A DNA stretch of 64,000 bases from an uncultured Rhodothermales bacterium (GTDB taxonomy: Bacteria; Bacteroidota; Rhodothermia; Rhodothermales; UBA10348). Location of the stretch: the NCBI GenBank assembly GCA_964512485.1, contig CAZEHJ010000004.1, positions 3,400 through 67,399 of the forward strand, in the 5' to 3' direction. Below the pieces are notes generated by a model. That model was given only the letters and a program-made list of their open reading frames with translations, ran no database searches and had not been told where the DNA came from. Below are positions 19,021-28,786 of this stretch, in pieces. Position 1 is the first letter of the stretch. Every line of letters begins with the position of its first letter. The translations under genes were made by a program, and so were the position numbers.

Positions 19021-20205
19021 CTAATTCGCGTCTACACCAGCTAGTTCCTTGACCAGTGACCGAGCCTCAATATCTATTTCGAGACGAGCCTCTATTGAAT
19101 CAGCAGCATCCGGTGTGATCCGCTGCATTACGCTGTCAATCAGAGAAGAGATGCGATTGAAATTAATTTTTTCGCCGAGAAATAAGGCAACGGCTTCTTC
19201 GTTTGCTGCATTCAGTGCCGCCGGCATCGCCCCTCCCACATTCAGCGCCTGGTATGCAAGGGCCAGATTCGGATATCGCTCAGCTTGAGGCGCTTCAAAT
19301 GTCAATGCTTGAGGCTTAGACCAGTCAACCGTTGGGTGCGATGCATCCCACCGTTCTGGAGCGCTCAATGCGTATTGAATAGGCACCTTCATATCCGGGG
19401 GGCCCAGCTGCGCTTTCGATGACCCGTCTTTGAACTGGACCATCGAGTGGATAATAGACTGTGGGTGTATTACTACATCGATCCTGCTTGCCTCAATTCC
19501 AAAAAGCCATCTGGCTTCGATCACTTCCAATCCTTTGTTCATCATCGTCGCCGAATCAACGGTAATCTTTGATCCCATGCTCCAATTCGGATGACTCAAG
19601 GCTTCAGGTAGAGTGATTGATTCGAATGTGGACATATCGCGTTCGCGAAACGGTCCTCCAGATGCCGTCAATATCAGTCGGTCGACGGAATCCGTCTCTT
19701 CACCGATCAGACACTGATAGATCGCCGAGTGTTCGCTGTCCACCGGAAGAATTCGAGAATCGAACTGTTCGGCCAGACCCCGGATCAGATCTCCCGCTAC
19801 TACCATCGTCTCCTTGTTCGCAAGAGCGATCCTTCGGCCGCATTCGATGGCAGCGACAGTCGGAAGCAGTCCTGCCGAACCGACCATTGCCGTTACAACG
19901 ACGTCTACATTCGGCCATCTCGCCGCGTCCAGGATTCCTTCACTTCCTCCATGAACCCGTCTGCCCAATCTGGCACTCAAGTCTTTCGCGAGTGCCGTGT
20001 CATGTAGAGCCACACACTCTGGTTCGAATTCCCGAACCTGCCTTTCCAGAAGATCAACATTGCGACCCGCCGCCAGGGCCACGATTGTGAACCGCTCCGG
20101 ATGCGCGCGAACGATTTCCAGTGTCTGCGTGCCGATGGACCCGGTACTTCCCAGGATGCCCACACGGACCATTTCTTTTGAAGACGAAGGCATCAAGTCC
20201 TTCAA
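19021..20205 (-). CDS. dxr: 1-deoxy-D-xylulose-5-phosphate reductoisomerase
   Basis: GSTGSIG, LANKE, PVDSEHSAI, HPNWSMGSKITVDSATMMNKGLE; the true start may be a few codons downstream. Confidence 0.98.
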   Translation of the reverse strand: MKDLMPSSSKEMVRVGILGSTGSIGTQTLEIVRAHPERFTIVALAAGRNVDLLERQVREFEPECVALHDTALAKDLSARLGRRVHGGSEGILDAARWPNVDVVVTAMVGSAGLLPTVAAIECGRRIALANKETMVVAGDLIRGLAEQFDSRILPVDSEHSAIYQCLIGEETDSVDRLILTASGGPFRERDMSTFESITLPEALSHPNWSMGSKITVDSATMMNKGLEVIEARWLFGIEASRIDVVIHPQSIIHSMVQFKDGSSKAQLGPPDMKVPIQYALSAPERWDASHPTVDWSKPQALTFEAPQAERYPNLALAYQALNVGGAMPAALNAANEEAVALFLGEKINFNRISSLIDSVMQRITPDAADSIEARLEIDIEARSLVKELAGVDAN

Positions 20206-20370
20206 CGGTGTTGGTTTTTGAAGCAGGCCTTGAGTTTTAGGGTAAGATTGCGTCCCTAAATCAAGATCGCCGAAACTTACGGGCCTCCGGCGCGATATTA
20301 AAGCGCTTCCCTCCGGAATGGTGAATTGTGCACTCCGGAAATTATCCAGTTGAGCAATGGAAATTATTTA

Positions 20371-22227
20371 ATGCGATTTCGCCACTTCATCCTTGCCTGG
20401 ATTCTTGCCATTGCGCCGGTTGGGGCTCTGTTTGCACAAAATGTTGACAGTTCACAGGTTGGAAGATTCCAACTCGCGGAATCCTTCCTGAGAGCTGCAC
20501 AGTTTGAGAGAGCAATCGGTATGCTGGAAGGTCTCTACGAAGAAAGTCCGGAGACCCATGTTTTTTATGAGCGTCTGAGGGAATCGTACGAAAGCGTCAA
20601 ACGCTACGATGCAGCTATCGCCCTGGTTGATGACAAGATTGGTTCAGAAGCAGCGCCGACCTCGTATATCACCGAAAAGGCACGACTCCTCTTTCTGAAG
20701 GGTGATGAGGAAGAAGCCAAACAAGTGTGGCAGACTGCTATCGACGCGAACCAAGGCTCGCCGAGCGTCTACCTCCTTGTCTACCGGTCACTCATGCAGA
20801 TTCGACTCTTCGATTTCGCTATCGAGATTCTGGAACAGGGGCGTGAAAGACTGGAAAACGAGACTCTCTTCCAAACTGATCTTGCTCAGCTATACAATCT
20901 TACCTCCCAGTATGGTAAGGCCGTGTCGCAATACCTGGAGCTTCTCAAGATCAATCAGAACCAGCTCAGTTATGTCAAAAGCCAGCTTGGTCAGTTCCTT
21001 GTAAACGAACAGGCACTTTCCGAGAGTATCGAGGTGGCTGAGGAAGGTGTTGGAAACGAACCACTCAATCGATCTTATCGTGAGCTACTGGCCTGGCTTT
21101 ACATCGAGGCCGGCAGCTTCCGCGAAGCACTGGCCGTGTATCGGGCTGTCGATCGTCTCGAACGTGAAGAAGGGCGAATGCTCTTCGCATTCGCCCAGAT
21201 CGCGGCCGACGGTGGGGCTTACGATGTCGCTCTCGAAGCCTTTGACGAGGTACTCAGGCGCTATCCCGATGCCCCGTCAGCTCCTGACGCATTGCGCGGA
21301 CTCGGCATGATGCAATCCAAATGGGCTGAGACTCTGGGCGAACGGGTTTACGATCTTGCAGGTGAACGCCTGGAGCGCAACCATTATGACGAGGCCCTGG
21401 ATACCTTCCAGCGTTTCCTGATTGACTACCCGCTGCACTCCCAATTCCCTGATGTTCTCAGACGAATCGGAGTTCTGCATCAGGACATCTTCTTCGATTT
21501 CGTTTCTGCCGAAACCGTACTCAGAGAAGTGATTGGTCGATATCCACAGACCGAGGCCGCTAATCAGGCTGCTTTCGATCTCGGAAGGCTCGCCATAACG
21601 CAAAACAAACTCGGTGACGCCCGCGTCCAGTTCAGCCGCCTTCTTACCAGGCTCAGAACTGGAGACCTTGCTGACCAGGCTCGCTACGAACTGACTCTGC
21701 TTCATTTCTACCAGGGCGATTTCGACGCAGCTCAAGGATTTACGCAAGCCATGCAGGAAAACACATCTACCGACGTTGCCAATGACGCCATTGCCCTGAA
21801 GGTGCTGCTTATTGAGAGTATGGGGCCGGACTCACTCAACACTCCGCTCCGGCGTTTCGCGAGAATCAAACTGCTGACACGCCAACGATCATGGGAGGTC
21901 GCGAAGCATCAGCTCGAAGATCTACTCAATGAGTTCGGGCTCCATGCGCTGGCGGATGATATGCTGTTTCAACGAGCTGAACTTCAGGCCAGGACCGGCG
22001 ACCTCGAAGGAGCCATTCAGGCCTACCTGGAACTACCGCTTCTCTACCCGGCCAGCTTCCTTGGAGCAAGGAGCCTGTTCGAAGCCGCCACACTTCAAGC
22101 TGAGCAGCTTGGCGACAAAACTGCGGCAATTCAAACGTTTGAGAGAATACTCGTAGAGTATCCCGGCTCTCTACTCATAAACAACACCCGTGAAGCAATC
22201 CGATTACTAAGAGGCGATGAGGTTTAG
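20371..22227 (+). CDS. Exported tetratricopeptide-repeat protein
   Basis: Signal peptide from MRFRHF at 20371 (ORF track starts at 20326); helical TPR-like repeats including multiple ..YP..A/S.. YfiO/CpoB-type motifs. Confidence 0.8.
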   Translation: MRFRHFILAWILAIAPVGALFAQNVDSSQVGRFQLAESFLRAAQFERAIGMLEGLYEESPETHVFYERLRESYESVKRYDAAIALVDDKIGSEAAPTSYITEKARLLFLKGDEEEAKQVWQTAIDANQGSPSVYLLVYRSLMQIRLFDFAIEILEQGRERLENETLFQTDLAQLYNLTSQYGKAVSQYLELLKINQNQLSYVKSQLGQFLVNEQALSESIEVAEEGVGNEPLNRSYRELLAWLYIEAGSFREALAVYRAVDRLEREEGRMLFAFAQIAADGGAYDVALEAFDEVLRRYPDAPSAPDALRGLGMMQSKWAETLGERVYDLAGERLERNHYDEALDTFQRFLIDYPLHSQFPDVLRRIGVLHQDIFFDFVSAETVLREVIGRYPQTEAANQAAFDLGRLAITQNKLGDARVQFSRLLTRLRTGDLADQARYELTLLHFYQGDFDAAQGFTQAMQENTSTDVANDAIALKVLLIESMGPDSLNTPLRRFARIKLLTRQRSWEVAKHQLEDLLNEFGLHALADDMLFQRAELQARTGDLEGAIQAYLELPLLYPASFLGARSLFEAATLQAEQLGDKTAAIQTFERILVEYPGSLLINNTREAIRLLRGDEV

Positions 22228-22230
22228 GCG

Positions 22231-23499
22231 ATGAGATTGAGAACAGTTCTTTGTTTTCTGGTGATTGTTGCTCTGGGAAGTTCTTCTGCCCGGAGTCAAG
22301 ATATTCTGGTCCCGATGGATGAGACCCAGTCGGATCACCTGAAGGCGTACGGGGTGACTTTCTGGTCCCTCGAGAGAAGTGTGGATGTGGATTGGCTCCT
22401 GAACTATCGGGGAGGGTCCTTCCTCATCTCGCATGATCCTGCTATCGAATCAGAACTCCGAGTCCGTGGAGTGACCTATGAGCTTTTAAATGGCTCCCAG
22501 ACGGCTTCGATCATATCGGCTGTAGAAAGCGATGCTGCAAATACGAGTATTGTTCGTCTCGAGAAACCACCGCGTATCGCTGTTTATGCTCCGGATCAGA
22601 CGCTGCCGTGGGATGATGCCGTGTTGCTGGCTCTTACCTATGCCGAAGTACCATACGAGATGATTTATGACGATCAGGTACTGAGGGGAGATCTCGAGGA
22701 TTACGACTGGTTGCATTTGCACCATGAGGACTTCACCGGTCAGTATGGAAAATTTTTCAACTACCGTGCCACACCCTGGTACATCGAGCAGCAACGCAGG
22801 GCCGAAGTTTCGGCAAGGAGCCACGGCTTCAGGAAAGTCAGCGACCTGAAAAAGAGTGTTGTTGCGACTATTCGCGATTATGTGGGTGGTGGCGGATTTT
22901 TGTTCGCGATGTGTTCCGGGACTGACACATTTGACATCGCACTCGCCGCTCACCTGACGGATGTAGTACCGGCGGAATATGATGGTGATCCGATAGACCC
23001 GGACGCGCTCTCAAGACTGGATTTTCAGAATACATTCGCTTTTTCTGATTTCAGGCCTACGTTCAACGCTCGCGAGTACGAGCACTCGGACATCGATGCG
23101 GGACCTCCTCCCCCGCAACTCCGAAATCCGGCAGTAGACTATTTCACTCTGTTCGAGTTCAGCGCGAAATATGACCAGGTCCCGACGATGCTGACCCAGA
23201 ATCACGTTCCGACGATCAAAGGGTTCATCGGACAAACAACCAATTTCCGGAAATCTGCGATCAAGCCCAACGTGGTAATTCTGGCCGAGGCTCCCGGTCG
23301 TGATGAAGTTCGATATCTGCACGGCACGTTTGGCGAAGGTACGTTTACGTTCTATGGCGGCCATGACCCGGAAGACTACCAACACTTCGTTCAGGACCCC
23401 CCGACTGACCTGAGCCTTCACAAGCATTCACCGGGCTACAGGCTGATATTGAATAACATCCTCTTCCCTGCCGCCAAAAAGAAGAAACAGAAAACCTGA
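22231..23499 (+). CDS. Conserved exported protein of the FCB family often labelled 'asparagine synthetase B' (probably class I glutamine-amidotransferase-like fold)
   Basis: ILVPMDETQSDHLKAYG, WLLNYRGGSF, DWLHLHHEDFTGQYGKF, GGFLFAMCSGTDT, PGYRLILNN; signal peptide. Confidence 0.7.
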   Translation: MRLRTVLCFLVIVALGSSSARSQDILVPMDETQSDHLKAYGVTFWSLERSVDVDWLLNYRGGSFLISHDPAIESELRVRGVTYELLNGSQTASIISAVESDAANTSIVRLEKPPRIAVYAPDQTLPWDDAVLLALTYAEVPYEMIYDDQVLRGDLEDYDWLHLHHEDFTGQYGKFFNYRATPWYIEQQRRAEVSARSHGFRKVSDLKKSVVATIRDYVGGGGFLFAMCSGTDTFDIALAAHLTDVVPAEYDGDPIDPDALSRLDFQNTFAFSDFRPTFNAREYEHSDIDAGPPPPQLRNPAVDYFTLFEFSAKYDQVPTMLTQNHVPTIKGFIGQTTNFRKSAIKPNVVILAEAPGRDEVRYLHGTFGEGTFTFYGGHDPEDYQHFVQDPPTDLSLHKHSPGYRLILNNILFPAAKKKKQKT

Positions 23500-23502
23500 T
23501 CA

Positions 23503-24042
23503 ATGGAACGAAGCAGTAAACCTGTATCCTCATCACACTCGATAATGAGTGAGTTGGTGTTGCCAAACGACACCAACGGTCTGGGAAATCTCATGGGCGG
23601 CCGTCTACTGCACTGGATGGACGTTTGTGCAGCAATCTCGTCGCAGCGACATGCCGGAAGCATCTGTGTGACGGCCTCGGTCGATTCAGTTGAATTTCAT
23701 TCTCCTATTCTGCAGTCGGAAATAGTCACAATTCAGTCTCAGGTGAATCGCGCTTTTCGAACATCGATGGAAATCGAGCTTCTCGTTGACGCCGAAAATC
23801 CACGCACCGGCTCGAAACGGAGGTGTAACAGGGCATTCTATACTTTTGTGTCCGTCGATTCCGAGGGGAAACCCAAAGTGGTTCCTCTTGTCACACCGGA
23901 GACCGAAGAACAGAAAGTCCGATACGAAGAAGCAGAGCGTCGGCGTGATTTTCGGCTTTTTCTCGCCGGACGTCTCGATTCTGACGGTGTCCAAAGCATC
24001 AGCGACTACATTGACGCCGTGAAAGATGCCCACTCCAGTTAA
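23503..24042 (+). CDS. Acyl-CoA thioesterase (hotdog fold)
   Basis: LVLPNDTN..GNLMGGRLLHWMD, VTASVDSVEF, N.AFYTFVSVD..GKP. Confidence 0.93.
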   Translation: MERSSKPVSSSHSIMSELVLPNDTNGLGNLMGGRLLHWMDVCAAISSQRHAGSICVTASVDSVEFHSPILQSEIVTIQSQVNRAFRTSMEIELLVDAENPRTGSKRRCNRAFYTFVSVDSEGKPKVVPLVTPETEEQKVRYEEAERRRDFRLFLAGRLDSDGVQSISDYIDAVKDAHSS

Positions 24043-24496
24043 GCGTTGGTTTCTATGCCTCGTGTTGGCAGGATCGCTGGCTCCAGATATTTCAGCGCAA
24101 TCGTTTCGCGACGTTCGACCTTTCGCAATTGGTGGCATGGTTGGTCCTACGTCAGGGACAACATTCAAGGTCACGTTTGAGGAAAACGTCGACAAAAACC
24201 ACACTCAGAGCATCGACCTGAACCTGACGTCGGACTTCGACGACTATCTCCTGGGTTCTGCCCACGTTACTCGTAATTCGCCCCTACCTGACTCCCCGAT
24301 GTCAATCTTCCTCGGCCCCGGTTTCTTCATGGGATTTGAGGGTAAAGAGGCCTTTTGGGGTCCTTCCACCAATATCGGTGCCTTCTTCGTCCAAACCAGA
24401 TATGAAGTTTTTTTCCAGATAATGCCCCGCATCAGAATTACTCCCGATGTTCGTGGCGAATTCGGGGCGTCAGTCGGGATGAGATACCTTTTCTGA
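24026..24496 (+). CDS. Hypothetical small outer-membrane beta-barrel protein
   Basis: Signal peptide, alternating beta-strands, C-terminal GMRYLF. Confidence 0.55.
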   Translation: MPTPVKRWFLCLVLAGSLAPDISAQSFRDVRPFAIGGMVGPTSGTTFKVTFEENVDKNHTQSIDLNLTSDFDDYLLGSAHVTRNSPLPDSPMSIFLGPGFFMGFEGKEAFWGPSTNIGAFFVQTRYEVFFQIMPRIRITPDVRGEFGASVGMRYLF

Positions 24497-24656
24497 AACC
24501 GGCAAGCCCTGAAATCGTTATGCGGGCGTCCATGCGAAACTAGTCGGAAACCGATTCTCGGAGAGATATTTTGCATGTCGGAGGCTGGTCTGAAGCGAAA
24601 ACCGGCCTTACTGGACGGATCTTCGGACGTTTTGCCGCTCACCACTTTAAACAAAC

Positions 24657-25580
24657 TTGTTCAACAGAGTCCTCATAACTGGAGCCAATGGCCTGCTTGG
24701 ACAACACCTTGTCCGGCTCATGGGTCGTATGCCTGAATATGATGTCCTGGCGACGGGGCAGGATATGGAGCCCCGGTTTTCGGGCGGCTCATGCGGATAC
24801 ACGCGCCTCGACATTACCGATCAGACTGCCGTAGAGCGGATTTTCGATGACTTTGCGCCTGACGTGGTAATTAACTGTGCCGCTATGACCCAGGTGGACC
24901 AGTGCGAAACTGAGAAAGAAGCGTGTTGGCAGATCAATGCGGTCGCGGTCGAGCTGCTTTCAAAGGCGTGCCTTAAGACTGGCGCACGGTTGGTTCAGAT
25001 ATCAACCGACTTCGTTTTTGACGGTGAAGATGGACCGTACAGAGAGAATGCAAGACCAAGCCCGCTCAGTTACTACGGTCGTTCGAAGCTGGCCGGAGAA
25101 AATTACGCGCGCGGGGCAGGTACCAACAAATGGTCGATTGTCCGCACTGTGCTTGTCTACGGAGTTGCTGAAAATGCAAAGCGGTCCAACTTCGTGGTCT
25201 GGCTCAGAACGAAGCTGGAGGCGGGTGAACCGGTTCGTATTGTCACGGACCAGTGGCGAACTCCTACTTACGTTGTGGATCTGGCGTCGGCCATTGAACG
25301 GTTGGTTCGATTCAAGAAACACGGTGTATTTCATGTTTCAGGAAGAGAAAACATGTCCGTCCATGATTTTGCTCTGCTGATTGCGGAGGCCTTGAATCTG
25401 GACAAGAACCTGATAAGCCCTGCAGACGCATCGAGTTTTTCACAGGTTGCCTCGCGGCCCGCGAAATCCGGATTCATCATTTTGAAAGCGGAAACGGAGT
25501 TGGGATTCAAGCCCCACTCATCCAGAGACGCAATACTCGAAATCGATAGAAGGATTTCGCGATACGACGAAGCTTCCTGA
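24657..25580 (+). CDS. rfbD: dTDP-4-dehydrorhamnose reductase (RmlD/RfbD) family SDR oxidoreductase
   Basis: TTG start; ITGANGLLG, INCAAMTQVD.CE, ISTDFVFDG, YGRSKLAGE, DQWRTPT. Confidence 0.85.
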   Translation: MFNRVLITGANGLLGQHLVRLMGRMPEYDVLATGQDMEPRFSGGSCGYTRLDITDQTAVERIFDDFAPDVVINCAAMTQVDQCETEKEACWQINAVAVELLSKACLKTGARLVQISTDFVFDGEDGPYRENARPSPLSYYGRSKLAGENYARGAGTNKWSIVRTVLVYGVAENAKRSNFVVWLRTKLEAGEPVRIVTDQWRTPTYVVDLASAIERLVRFKKHGVFHVSGRENMSVHDFALLIAEALNLDKNLISPADASSFSQVASRPAKSGFIILKAETELGFKPHSSRDAILEIDRRISRYDEAS

Positions 25581-25768
25581 AACTTGCGTCCTCGCGGGTG
25601 CTCATTCTGATGCCTAAATCCCCGGGCTCGATTCCCTGCAGACATGAATCACACGTTTTTCGCGTGTTGACGCCATCAACTGTTAGTACCTTTTATCCCT
25701 GATCCCGAATCCTGGCCACGCGCGAGGATCATCACCCGGTTTATCATACCGCCTAGAAGACGAGTTCA

Positions 25769-27046
25769 ATGCTTGATATCCAGTTCATCAGAGACAATAC
25801 CGAAACGGTAAAGGGTGCCCTGACCAACAAAGGAATAGGTGAGGAATCTCTCGTCGACCGCGTTCTGGATGCGGATGAGAAACGCCGGGCTCTGACAACC
25901 CAGCTTCAAGAGACACAAACGGAAGCTAATCAGGCCGCGAAAGAGATTGGCCTGCTCATGAAAGAAGGGCGCAAAGACGAGGCCCAATCAGCGATTGAAA
26001 ACAATGCACGTCTAAAATCCAGCGTCAAAGAACTGGAAGTTTTGCAGCGCGAAGCTCAGACCACTCTTGAGAGCCTGCTATTTGAGATTCCCAACGTGCC
26101 TCACGAAACGGTGCCTGTGGGCCGCACTCCGGACGAAAATCAGGTGGTTTTTGAAACTGACCCGCATCCCGGCTTCGATTTCGAGCCCGTTCCCCACTGG
26201 GAGTTGACGGACAAGCTCGATCTGGTGGATTTTGATCGCGGTTCAAAAGTGACTGGGGCCGGATTTCCGTTCTACAAAGGCGGTGGCGCACGATTTCAGA
26301 GGGCGCTCATCAATTTCTTTCTCGATTCCGCCGCTGAGGCAGGGTATATCGAATTGCAGACGCCGCTCGTTGTAAACGAAGACTCGGCAAGAGGCACAGG
26401 ACAATTGCCGGACAAGGAGGATCAGATGTATGAGGCCGAGCGTGACGGATTATACCTCATTCCGACTGCTGAGGTACCTGTCACAAATCTACATCGCGAC
26501 GAGATTTTTCAGGAAACCGATCTTCCGCTCAGATACTGTGCCTACACACCATGCTTTCGTCGAGAGGCTGGATCCTACGGAAAAGATGTTCGCGGCTTGA
26601 ATCGATTACATCAGTTCGATAAGGTCGAATTGGTACACTTTGTGACTCCAGAGAGTAGCTATCAAGCACTTGAGCAGTTGAGGGAGCATGCCGAGAGTCT
26701 TCTGATCAAGTTGGAGCTACCATACAGGCGACTGTTGATGTGTACGGGCGATATGGGCTTTACTCAAAGCAAGAAGTACGATTTGGAGGTCTGGAGTTCT
26801 GGACAGAAACGCTGGTTGGAGGTTTCTTCTATTTCTAATTTTGAGGCCTTCCAGGCTCGACGAATGAAGATCCGGTTCCGAGCTGAAGATGGAGGAAAGC
26901 CTCAGATCATTCATACGCTCAACGGAAGCGGAATGGCGCTTCCGCGAATGGTCGCAGCTTTGCTGGAGAATAACCAGCAAAAAGACGGTTCCATAAGGAT
27001 TCCAACCGCTCTCGTGCCTTATTTCGGTTCCGAAGTACTGCAGTAG
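25769..27046 (+). CDS. serS: Serine--tRNA ligase
   Basis: MLDIQFIR, coiled-coil arm, LIPTAEVP, CFRREAGSYGKDVRGLNRLHQFDKVE, HTLNGSG. Confidence 0.99.
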   Translation: MLDIQFIRDNTETVKGALTNKGIGEESLVDRVLDADEKRRALTTQLQETQTEANQAAKEIGLLMKEGRKDEAQSAIENNARLKSSVKELEVLQREAQTTLESLLFEIPNVPHETVPVGRTPDENQVVFETDPHPGFDFEPVPHWELTDKLDLVDFDRGSKVTGAGFPFYKGGGARFQRALINFFLDSAAEAGYIELQTPLVVNEDSARGTGQLPDKEDQMYEAERDGLYLIPTAEVPVTNLHRDEIFQETDLPLRYCAYTPCFRREAGSYGKDVRGLNRLHQFDKVELVHFVTPESSYQALEQLREHAESLLIKLELPYRRLLMCTGDMGFTQSKKYDLEVWSSGQKRWLEVSSISNFEAFQARRMKIRFRAEDGGKPQIIHTLNGSGMALPRMVAALLENNQQKDGSIRIPTALVPYFGSEVLQ

Positions 27047-27158
27047 GGCGGCAAAACCAGAAACGGCTGATCTGAGTTGTTTTGGCAGTTTTTAGCCAAA
27101 TGACTTGAAATTGTGACGGTTTTATGACATTCTGGATAGGATCGAATTCGACGATGAG

Positions 27159-27167
27159 TGTTATAAT
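27159..27167 (+). promoter_or_regulatory. Extended -10 promoter element upstream of the DUF1800/DUF1501 pair
   Basis: TG-T-TATAAT about 55 nt before ATG 27222; no good -35 at 17 bp. Confidence 0.45.
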
Positions 27168-27221
27168 TGGATAGCCAAACCGTCGATACCAGAAGCATTC
27201 ATTCGTTCAGGCGATTACTAA

Positions 27222-28772
27222 ATGAATCCTTTCGATAGTCGTGGTGTCCCGAACCACCGAATCAATTCCAGCATGGATGAGCACACGTCTCCCGTGACGG
27301 AGGACGAAGCGCATCATCTTTTGTCTCGTCTTACCTATGGCGCGACCATCGATCGTCTCGCTGAGTCTGTTGGATTGACGGCCGGAGAGATTGTGGACCA
27401 ACTGCTCGACGAAGCTGAAGCGCCTCTCCCCCCAGCTCCATCATGGATCACCGTTCAGCGCCCACCTCGAGGTGCGCCGTCTGAAGATTTTACAGCGTTC
27501 AACGCGAGCAACAGGACCTGGAGGGATGAACTTCGCACCTCCTGGATTCAGGACATGGCGGAAAATGGACTACGTGGAAGGCTTGCCTTGTTCTGGCACA
27601 ATCATTTCGTAACGAGCTACGTCGTGTATTCCTATGCCGCTATGGGATACCACTATCTGAAGACGTTGCAGACTCACTCAACGGGAAATTTCAAGGATTT
27701 TGTCCATGCCGTCGGTCGTGATTCAGCCATGTTGGTATATCTGGATGGTGACACAAACAGGGCTTCCGCTCCAAATGAAAACTATGCTCGTGAACTGCTT
27801 GAGTTGTTCACGATGTCCCCTGTTGGGCCTGACGGTTCTCCGAATTACACGGAGGATGACATTCAGGAAATCTCTAGAGCCATGACAGGTTGGAGAATTA
27901 CTCCTTCATCGACATGGTTTTCATACATGTTATTCACCCGTTACGACGACGGGGACAAAACCATATTCGGGCAAACATCAGACTTCAACTACAATGAAGT
28001 CATCGACCTGATTTTCCAGGAAAGAGCAACTCAGATTGCCCACTTCATCGCCGAGAAACTCTATTGCGAGTTCATCTATCAGGATCCTGACCCGGAAGCG
28101 ATAGCAGACCTTGCACAAACCTTCGTCGATTCTGAATTTGAGCTTCGTCCTGTACTTCGAAAACTGTTCACCAGCCAACGGTTTTTGGACCAGAATTTCG
28201 CAGGATCTCGAGTAAAGTCTCCAGTGGAATTCCTACTAGGGCATTTCCGGGAAATCGACATATTGCCTACAGAAGATCAGGCAGAAGAAATTTGGCGCGG
28301 CGCTGCTGAAATGGGCCAGAGTATTTTTGATCCTCCGAACGTTGCCGGATGGCCAGGCCAGCGCTACTGGCTCTCCACAGACACACTCCCGAAACGCTGG
28401 AGCTCTTCAGAGTATTTGAGTTCGCGTTCCATCTCGCGAGTGTATCTCATAAACTTCTCCGAAAACCTGGTCGGCCAGGCCAATATCTATGCAGGAGTAG
28501 ATCTACCCGTCGCACTTGCGAAACACTTCCTGAAGGTGCCCATCGATTGGGTTGAAGTACCAAATATTTCAGAGCCATTCGAGGGAGATCTAGACGCCAA
28601 CCCGCTTCCAGAATGGTTGGTCAATGGACCGGAGAACCAGCGAAACCTCGTCAAGCTCTTCCTCGGATCCGTGCCGTGGTACGAATATTCGATTCGAACC
28701 GGAGTGGGGCACGTCATGATCGCCAACTTCCTGACGAAGCTGTCGCAATTTCCGGAATACCAACTCATTTAA
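27222..28772 (+). CDS. DUF1800 family protein
   Basis: HLLSRLTYG, LALFWHNHF, AMLVYLD...N...PNENYARELLELFTM, PPNVAGW. Confidence 0.93.
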   Translation: MNPFDSRGVPNHRINSSMDEHTSPVTEDEAHHLLSRLTYGATIDRLAESVGLTAGEIVDQLLDEAEAPLPPAPSWITVQRPPRGAPSEDFTAFNASNRTWRDELRTSWIQDMAENGLRGRLALFWHNHFVTSYVVYSYAAMGYHYLKTLQTHSTGNFKDFVHAVGRDSAMLVYLDGDTNRASAPNENYARELLELFTMSPVGPDGSPNYTEDDIQEISRAMTGWRITPSSTWFSYMLFTRYDDGDKTIFGQTSDFNYNEVIDLIFQERATQIAHFIAEKLYCEFIYQDPDPEAIADLAQTFVDSEFELRPVLRKLFTSQRFLDQNFAGSRVKSPVEFLLGHFREIDILPTEDQAEEIWRGAAEMGQSIFDPPNVAGWPGQRYWLSTDTLPKRWSSSEYLSSRSISRVYLINFSENLVGQANIYAGVDLPVALAKHFLKVPIDWVEVPNISEPFEGDLDANPLPEWLVNGPENQRNLVKLFLGSVPWYEYSIRTGVGHVMIANFLTKLSQFPEYQLI

Positions 28773-28786
28773 CAGGAGAACGAACG

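Noticed and set aside
25624-25636. tRNA gene suggested by a T-arm-like GGGCTCGATTCCC (also GGTTCGAATT at 20021 inside dxr)
   Set aside because: No matching acceptor stem, D-arm or anticodon arm at the right spacing; the 20021 hit lies within a coding sequence.
28613-28786. N-terminal extension of the DUF1501 ORF overlapping DUF1800
   Set aside because: An SD (AGGAGA) precedes ATG 28787, which is the more plausible start.
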